A stretch of 64,000 bases of DNA from assembly GCA_951406725.2 (NCBI GenBank), contig OX597817.1, forward strand, positions 6,386,001-6,450,000, written 5' to 3'. The notes under the pieces are model-generated. The model did no database searches. It was not told where the DNA came from and was given only the letters and a program-made list of their open reading frames with translations. The stretch comes from Octopus vulgaris (Eukaryota). A program made the translations under genes and the position numbers. Shown one piece after another: positions 56,540 to 64,000 of the stretch; the first letter of the stretch is position 1, and each line of letters opens with the position of its first letter.

Positions 56540-57585
56540 GAAATCATTATTGTTTTGTTTTCCATTTTACTCATGTTTTATTGAAACCTGAATCTTGCAT
56601 ACGTAGCCGGCTTGCTACCTGCAGCCTATGGTACCCAATTGCCTGTTCTTTTCAAATACCTGACACTCTCCTGATGAATCTGGCCATGCCAAGGAGGCAC
56701 GGATTTTGCAACACTTCTACAGAGCACTCTTCCCACATCCTTTATATTCCCCTCTCATCACCACAACGGCACATTTTGAAAGTCATATCTACATCTTATT
56801 ATCATTTGAAAAAGTCCACTCAGAGCAGATTAGACTCACCAATTCTGCCTTACATTTTGGGAAATTATTGAAACTTTCTTTTGCATTTCCCAGATCCTAC
56901 CCCATATTTGTCTTCCGCAGTATTTTAGTGAAGTGAATCATTCGCAGCACTAAGAGCAGTGGGTATGCGCCGCCCCGCTGGAAGATCCCTGTCCTAATTT
57001 TCATTTCTCCTAACATCTGATTCCCTGCTGTCAATTCTGTTTTCCAACGTTTCATATCGTACCATATAAGCCGCCTCGTGTTTTTTGGTAATCCATACGT
57101 TTCCATATCTCTTGTTACTCACGAGTGTGGTATCATATGTGCTTTACCATGATCAATCCATGTCATGTTCACATATGTGTGCTTTCTCTTGCAGCTTCTG
57201 ATAATTCGTACGTCAATTAATAGCTGATCTTTCGTTCCTTGGCTGTTCTTTCAACACCCTTTTCTGTTCAGTGTATAACAGCTCACATTTTTCTAAATAT
57301 CCATGCATTACCCAGGTCAAAACACTAGACAATAGTTTCCACTTTGGCAGAAGACACGGGCTCTTCCAATTTGAAATTTAGACACATTATTACGCTTCTT
57401 AAAATAACAATGTCTTCCTCTTGTCCAGCAACTAAGTACTGATCCATCTTGCAAACATCTATCCAACAGTTCTACTATCATTGCATGGAGCCCTCCTCAC
57501 CCAGCTTCATTCAATAACGTGAAACACAATCCGGCCTTGAGCTTTTCCAATTTGAAATTCTGCTTATCTGTTACCATGCAAAGCA
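56540..57585 (-). mobile_element. Degenerate LINE RT region, R4/Dong-like (partial copy at 63515-64000)
   Basis: MKRWKTELTAGNQMLGEMKIRTGIFQRGGAYPLLLVL resembles the RT motif GIFQGDSLSPLLF. Confidence 0.65.
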
Positions 57586-57685
57586 NNNNNNNNNNNNNNN
57601 NNNNNNNNNNNNNNNNNNNNNNNNNNNNNNNNNNNNNNNNNNNNNNNNNNNNNNNNNNNNNNNNNNNNNNNNNNNNNNNNNNNNN
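57586..57685. other. Assembly gap (100 N)
   Basis: Run of N. Confidence 1.
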
Positions 57686-57868
57686 AGGGTTTTGGAACAC
57701 GCTATTATATTATATTATAGTATGTATGTATGTATGTATGTATGTATGTATGTATGTATGTATGTATGTATGTATGTATGTATGCATGCATGTATGTATG
57801 TATCTATTCATGTATGTATCTATCTTTGAGCTGAAACCAATAAAAAACAATATATATATACGCGTGTG

Positions 57869-57917
<49 letters not shown>

Positions 57918-58383
57918 CTGTATATATATATATATGTAAGTATGTATGCATGTATAAATATTTTATAATTATATACATAATTATAACAAGGCCTTGGCTT
58001 GTGCCTCACTACGCACTGGAAAATAGACCTCAAAAGACAATATTGCTACCATAAATCCTACGAGAAAAACACACTATATAATAGGCTAGCAAAAGAAAGA
58101 AAATTAATTTAAAAGCGCCGTTATTATATATAATTCTTCTCTCTCTCTCTCTCTCACTCTCTCTCCCTCCCTCTTTCGCTTTTTGTATAAATATACGGTT
58201 TTAGCTTGCGGCCACTAACTTTCATATCTCCAAACTGGAGACGAACACCATTCTTCCAAGTGATCGGATTGGAAATTGTTTTCTTACCATGGAACCAATG
58301 GTAACCTTAATACACAAACATATTGCATCTTCCAATGCAGAGCTGGGCACTCATACTCTTCGTTCACCATTTCTCTCTCTCCC

Positions 58384-58428
<45 letters not shown>

Positions 58429-59164
58429 CGAACTCTCCCGTTGATTTCCATGTATGGAAGCCCTAGTGGTTTAATATAATTTGTATAACTTGTGTTTGTG
58501 TCTGATGTGACTTTAATCCAGCTAAAGATTTGAAAGATTTTCCAATCTGTGGACAAGACACTGAACTACCACGATAACCCGCTGGTGTCGCATTTCTGTA
58601 TTTTACCCTAGTTCTCTTTTGTTGAAGATTAATCAAACGTTCACATTCGAAGTTTCGAATTGCTTCAAAACTCATTGATCTCCATTTACGTCGCTCTTGA
58701 GCAACAAGCGCTTCAAAGTAATCAAGAGGAACATCTGTGCGTTTGAGATTTCTCCTCCAGTTTTCCCTTAAAGTGAAGCCAGAGCCTTTCAATATTTCTT
58801 TTACCTTCATAAAGCCGACTGTACAAAAGACGCTTTGGAATCCTGCTTACGTACATGTGCATGGCATGTCTCGCCCAACGAAGTTGTGATCGCATAAACA
58901 AATCATATACTGCCTTCAAAATTACATTTGATAAAAGTTCAACATTGGTGATTCAACCATCAAGATTAGGTCCCAAACTGGCCGAAGACACCACTTGTAG
59001 AAGACATCAAGCTGATTGATTTGTGACCGGTAAGGAAACCCTGACTCAGTACCATACAGTAGAGTAGATAAGATGATTGCACGGTAAACATTGATGACGC
59101 TTGTTTTCAATGAAATTTCTCCTTGCTCTAGGTCCGGTGACGATGTTTTCCTAAAGAATCGGTG

Positions 59165-59202
<38 letters not shown>

Positions 59203-62200
59203 ATAAAATTCTCTTCAGGTCAAGCAAATATAATTTGTTAGATTTCTTTATGGCATTGATTGTGTAATATTTTCAATAAATACATAACACTGTTTCTATG
59301 TTCGGAATGCACGCTCTTATACTACAATATTTGTGTTGATAAATACCCAACTTAATCCTATTTGAAAATATCAATGTGAAATATTTGTTCTCGCCTAAAA
59401 ATTTCGCCTATTATTTCGTTTCTCATTTCTTATATATTTAGAACTCGGTATGATTTTTTGAAGGTTGTTTGAGGAACATTAGGATACTATTTTTAGCAGT
59501 TCAGACGACCATGTACAGATTGTTAGAGGAAGACGTAAGCAGTGGATCTGAATAAAATGATCACTTACTAACTTTAAGAAAAAATTATTTAAGTATAGCC
59601 GTGTGGATTACTTTCATTTACTTTCATTGGCTTTGTGAAGAAGTAGTAGAGTAGGAAAGAGAGAAATTGACATTGCTGTGAACGGGCGCGCCGTTGCGCG
59701 TTTCAGAAATTAAGTAATAATTACTAGTTGGCAGATAAATCACCTGGAAAGACAAGGTCTAAAATAAGGCAGAAGATGTTGTAATTAATTTAGTATATAG
59801 GGATTTTGTGGCAACCCCACACTGAAGTAAAATTCTGTCGTTTGAATCCCCACTTCATTAAACTAGAAATAGAAACGCTGGATAATTTGCAACACTTCTC
59901 GGACTTTTATTTCAGACACTGCGAAAGTTAACTAAAAAATAGTTTCGAACTAGTGTGCAAATGTTAACTATAAAAATACATCCAAAGCCTCTCTTGTAAT
60001 TAATGCGTATAGTTCTTTTAATTAAAGAAAACGTGCATTTGAAAATGTTATGGGAATTAAAATGAATGAAATAAAATTATAGGATTGATTATATTGATTT
60101 ATGGTATTGCGGAAAAAATGTTGAGTATAATTTAGAAGACACAGGCAATATACAACTATAATGAGAAAAAGCTAATAGTAATAATATTTATTTGATTATG
60201 AGAGCAATATTATAAATAAAAAGAACAATAATAATGGACGTCTTCCCAGGCAGAATCAAATCGAAAATAAATCTAACATATGCAAAACGAAGTATAATAA
60301 CTAAAGGACGATGAATTAAAATAATGCAGAGCAGTGGACAATAGCAGTCGAACTAGAGGTTACGCTAATGTAAATATGAAGAAAGATTTTACTGTAGAAA
60401 ATGATACATATGTAAATTTTAAATATGATAAAAATCGAAATGCACAAATTCGGAATTGAAACAGATAAAATACCTCTTGGAATGAAGAAAGATCCTCTTC
60501 AAATTAAAGCAAACCGACCAAGTAGCGTTTTAAATAACAAAGGCCGCATTGAAAATCTCTGCAAAACCTCATTATAAACCGCGGTCATTTCTACCAGCCT
60601 GTTCACATATAAACATGTTCACGAAGGTAGGCCACGTGAAAAACCACATATAAGGAATTATATAATATAGCAGAGGAATATATGATAATACTTATTATAT
60701 TCAAGAACGAAATGACTCAAAAAAGGAAAGGAGAAATACACTACAAACTAAGAATTACACTAAATGAAAGAAAGACTAATAAGTGAGACCTTTGCCATCG
60801 CAAAATTTTGACGCTATTTAGAAAGCAAACACCACTTACTAGAAAACAACAAATAGTTCCAATGTAAGTCAAAAGCATGGTACTAAGAAGCGTAGCACAA
60901 TTTTAGAGAAGGTTTCGAAACAAAGTGTTTGTCACATAAAATAATACCCCAAACAATATTTTGATTGTGTAGAAAGCTAAATGGATGGTATGGTAGTGTT
61001 GAATGTCTTTTGGTGTGTTTCAAATGTATTTAAATATTTTGGAATCGATATATATAAATATTGAGATTAAATATTAGGTTCCTTGAGTTATTCAACTTCA
61101 AACGCTGTAGTTCATAAAGGCATGGGATCTTGACCGGCAGATTTAGAAAATATTTTTTTGTAAATAAACACTTTCAAACTTCGTGTACTGGTAGAATGTG
61201 TCATATAAAACATCTTTTACTATTTGCGCTTTTGAGAAAAGTTTATATTTACGAAGTTATTTCGTGTTAAAATTGTCGTATTTCGGTAATTTCAACCAAT
61301 CAATGACGTGTATTCAGCTGAATAAAATTACAGCTGTTGTTTATCAAACAACAACTTCCGGTGGTGTATATTTCGTTTGTCACTGTTATTTATGACATAC
61401 GTTCGTATGAATAAACGAGTGTATCTGAAGCATGTTTACTTCATGGCACCACCATAATTGTTCGTGCATTTCTACTGCTTTTAGTTTTTTTCCTGTTTTT
61501 CAGCTACTATTTTCGGAAAGCCTTTTTTGCCCCCTCCCCTACCCTCCAATTTCTTAACATTTCATTTTTTTCTAACTCTAACCCTAAAACCCCAAACCTA
61601 ACACTAACCCTAGAACCTTAACCCTAACCCTAAAACCCTACACCCTAACCCTAACCCTAAAACTCTAACCCTAACCCTAAAACCTTAAAGCTAAAGCCAG
61701 TACAAACGCACGAACAATGTCATAAATAACAGTGACAAACGAAATATACACCGCCTATAGTTGTTATTGACAAGCAACAGCTGTAATTTTATTCACCTCA
61801 ATACACGTCATTGATTGGTTGAAATTATCATAATTGAATGAATATGCTTATACATATGTTCTGTTCACCACTCTCACTCAATTTGCAGTTAATTTCATGG
61901 AGAACAAGAAATCACCTTCCATCGTACTTTCCTCTGAAAGTAGAAATTGCTTGAGAGCCAAACTGAAAATGCATTCCTCGGGGGGTCTTTGAAGTGTCAC
62001 TTTTCCCCGTATTTCGATCGCAAGAAAATTCCCTTCCTTTCTCAGACACAGGTCGTTTTAAAAAAAAAGAAAAAAAAACGAAATTACTCGTAATAAACAC
62101 GTGAAGAAGTGCGTTTCCTGGTCAGTGCTGTTATGTTTAGGTCCTTGTAAATGCCATTTCGGCAAAAGAGTTCAATACCTGACGCATAAAGGGTTGAGGT

Positions 62201-64000
62201 GAACCGTCCATCTATATCTTCCAAGATGTTTACAATTCAATGCCTGAAGCAAGTCCAAACGATAAAAAAAATTCTGTGTGTGTGAGCGCGTGCGTATGTT
62301 TGTGTGTTTGTGTGTATGTGTGACTGTGTATATGTGTATATGTCCATGCGCGTGTGTTTGTGAAACTTACAGTGCGTAAGTTTATACAAAAATATATTGG
62401 TAAAAGTAAAATAAAGAAAAGACGTGAGAGAACTATGGAAAGAGCAGACGAAAGTTCGTTCGGATATGAGAGAAAGAGGTTGGTGAGAAAGTAAACGATA
62501 ATAGAATCATTCTTCATGATAGAAATATTGATGTATGGGGAAAAAATGACAAACGGGAACTAGTTTTTGGCTTCGTTACTAGTGAGTTTCCCTGACAACA
62601 GCAACGTCATTTATACGTCATAACTACGTAATAAGGAGAGACGAAAGCCACCTCATAGTCACAGACAATTTAACGATTTTATTACACCCATTAAAATATG
62701 GTAGCAGGCAGTGATGGATGTAAGTATGGGAGCGGGGATGAAAGTAATGTAGAACCGACGCAGAGGATCAATATTTGCTGATGCCAATTCGTACTATACC
62801 ATCAACATTCTTTTAATATTTCAAATGTACACCACATGGGATTTTTCTCACACACTGTACTAAAACCAATGTAAAGTATGATTTCTCTTATGAAATTTCG
62901 ACATCCACGTCTGTAGAAGTTCCTGATATTGGAAATAATCATAGTAGTAGTAATGATGAGATTGATAGCATAAGTGATGATGAGTGGAGAAGGAAAGGGG
63001 GCGGATAAAAGACGTTATATACATCAGTAAAATTAAAAGAAATAGGATTGCCATCACAGCCAAGCAGCGAGCTGACAGTATTTTTAGCCCGCCGGGTTAC
63101 AAGCTTAGTTGTATTCCGTCGGTATTTACGTTCTTGGGGAGAGCTGGCAGAAACGTTAGCACGTCGGGCGAAATGCTTAGCGGTATTTCGTCTGCCGTAA
63201 CATTCTGAGTTCAAATTCCACCGAGGTCGACTTTACCTTTCATCCTCTCGGGGTCGATAAATTAAGTACCAGTTACGCACTGGGGTCGATGTAATCGACT
63301 TAATACCTATGTCTGTCCTTGTTTGTCCCTTCTACGTTTAGCCCCTTGTGGGTAATAAAGAAATAGGTATTTACGTTCTTGGTTCAAATTTCAGCGAGTG
63401 AAGTTTGCCTCATATAAATTCGGGATCTATAAGATAAGCAACAGTTATGTACTGAGGTCGGCATGTTTGACTTAGCCCATGTTTCAAACCCGTTGACCCT
63501 GTGCCAAACTTTGAAATCATTATTGTTTTGTTTTCCATTTTACTCATGTTTTATTGAAACCTGAATCTTGCATACGTAGCCGGCTTGCTACCTGCAGCCT
63601 ATGGTACCCAACTACCTGTTCTTTTCAAATACCTGACACTCTCCTGATGAATCTGGCCATGCCAAGGAGGCACGGATTTTGCAACACTTCTACAGAGCAC
63701 TCTTCCCACATCCTTTATATTCCCCTCTCATCACCACAACGGCACATTTTGAAAGTCATATCTACATCTTATTATCATTTGAAAAAGTCCACTCAGAGCA
63801 GATTAGACTCACCAATTCTGCCTTACATTTTGGGAAATTATTGAAACTTTCTTTTGCATTTCCCAGATCCTACCCCATATTTGTCTTCCGCAGTATTTTA
63901 GTGAAGTGAATCATTCGCAGCACTAAGAGCAGTGGGTATGCGCCGCCCCGCTGGAAGATCCTTGTCCTAATTTTCATTTCTCCTAACATCTGATTCCCAG
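57686..64000. repeat. Duplicate of 50714-57027
   Basis: Begins agggttttggaacacg immediately after the gap. Confidence 0.95.

Larger units (their letters stand above)
50714..57027. repeat. Segment duplicated near-identically at 57686-64000
   Basis: Offset ~6972 bp; scattered SNPs and indels. Confidence 0.95.

Overview
AT-rich, microsatellite-dense eukaryotic non-coding DNA. The SINE repertoire and the (TA)n/(CA)n/(TATG)n density suggest a cephalopod (Octopus-like) genome; this is an inference. No host protein-coding exon is supported, and most ORF-track entries are microsatellite or SINE read-throughs. The window is a mosaic of tRNA-derived SINEs (four families), LINE remnants (RTE, CR1, R4/Dong-like, Tx1/L1-like), DNA transposon relics (Chapaev-like, maT DD37D, mariner, Helitron), a 5'-truncated 5S rRNA pseudogene, a 1-kb tandem duplication and a ~7-kb duplication spanning a 100-N gap (probably an assembly haplotig). 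Two things stand out. (1) About ten minimal type-I hammerhead ribozyme motifs (CUGANGA..GAAA..UH, mostly with palindromic helix III) lie in sequence-unrelated, non-coding units built from inverted or direct repeats. Three of these units have an interleaved A-B-A'-B' layout, and in one the two ribozyme halves lie on opposite strands. They resemble Penelope pLTR or retrozyme relics. (2) Two ORF1-only, L1/Tx1-like retroelements, one complete and bounded by a 17-bp TSD.
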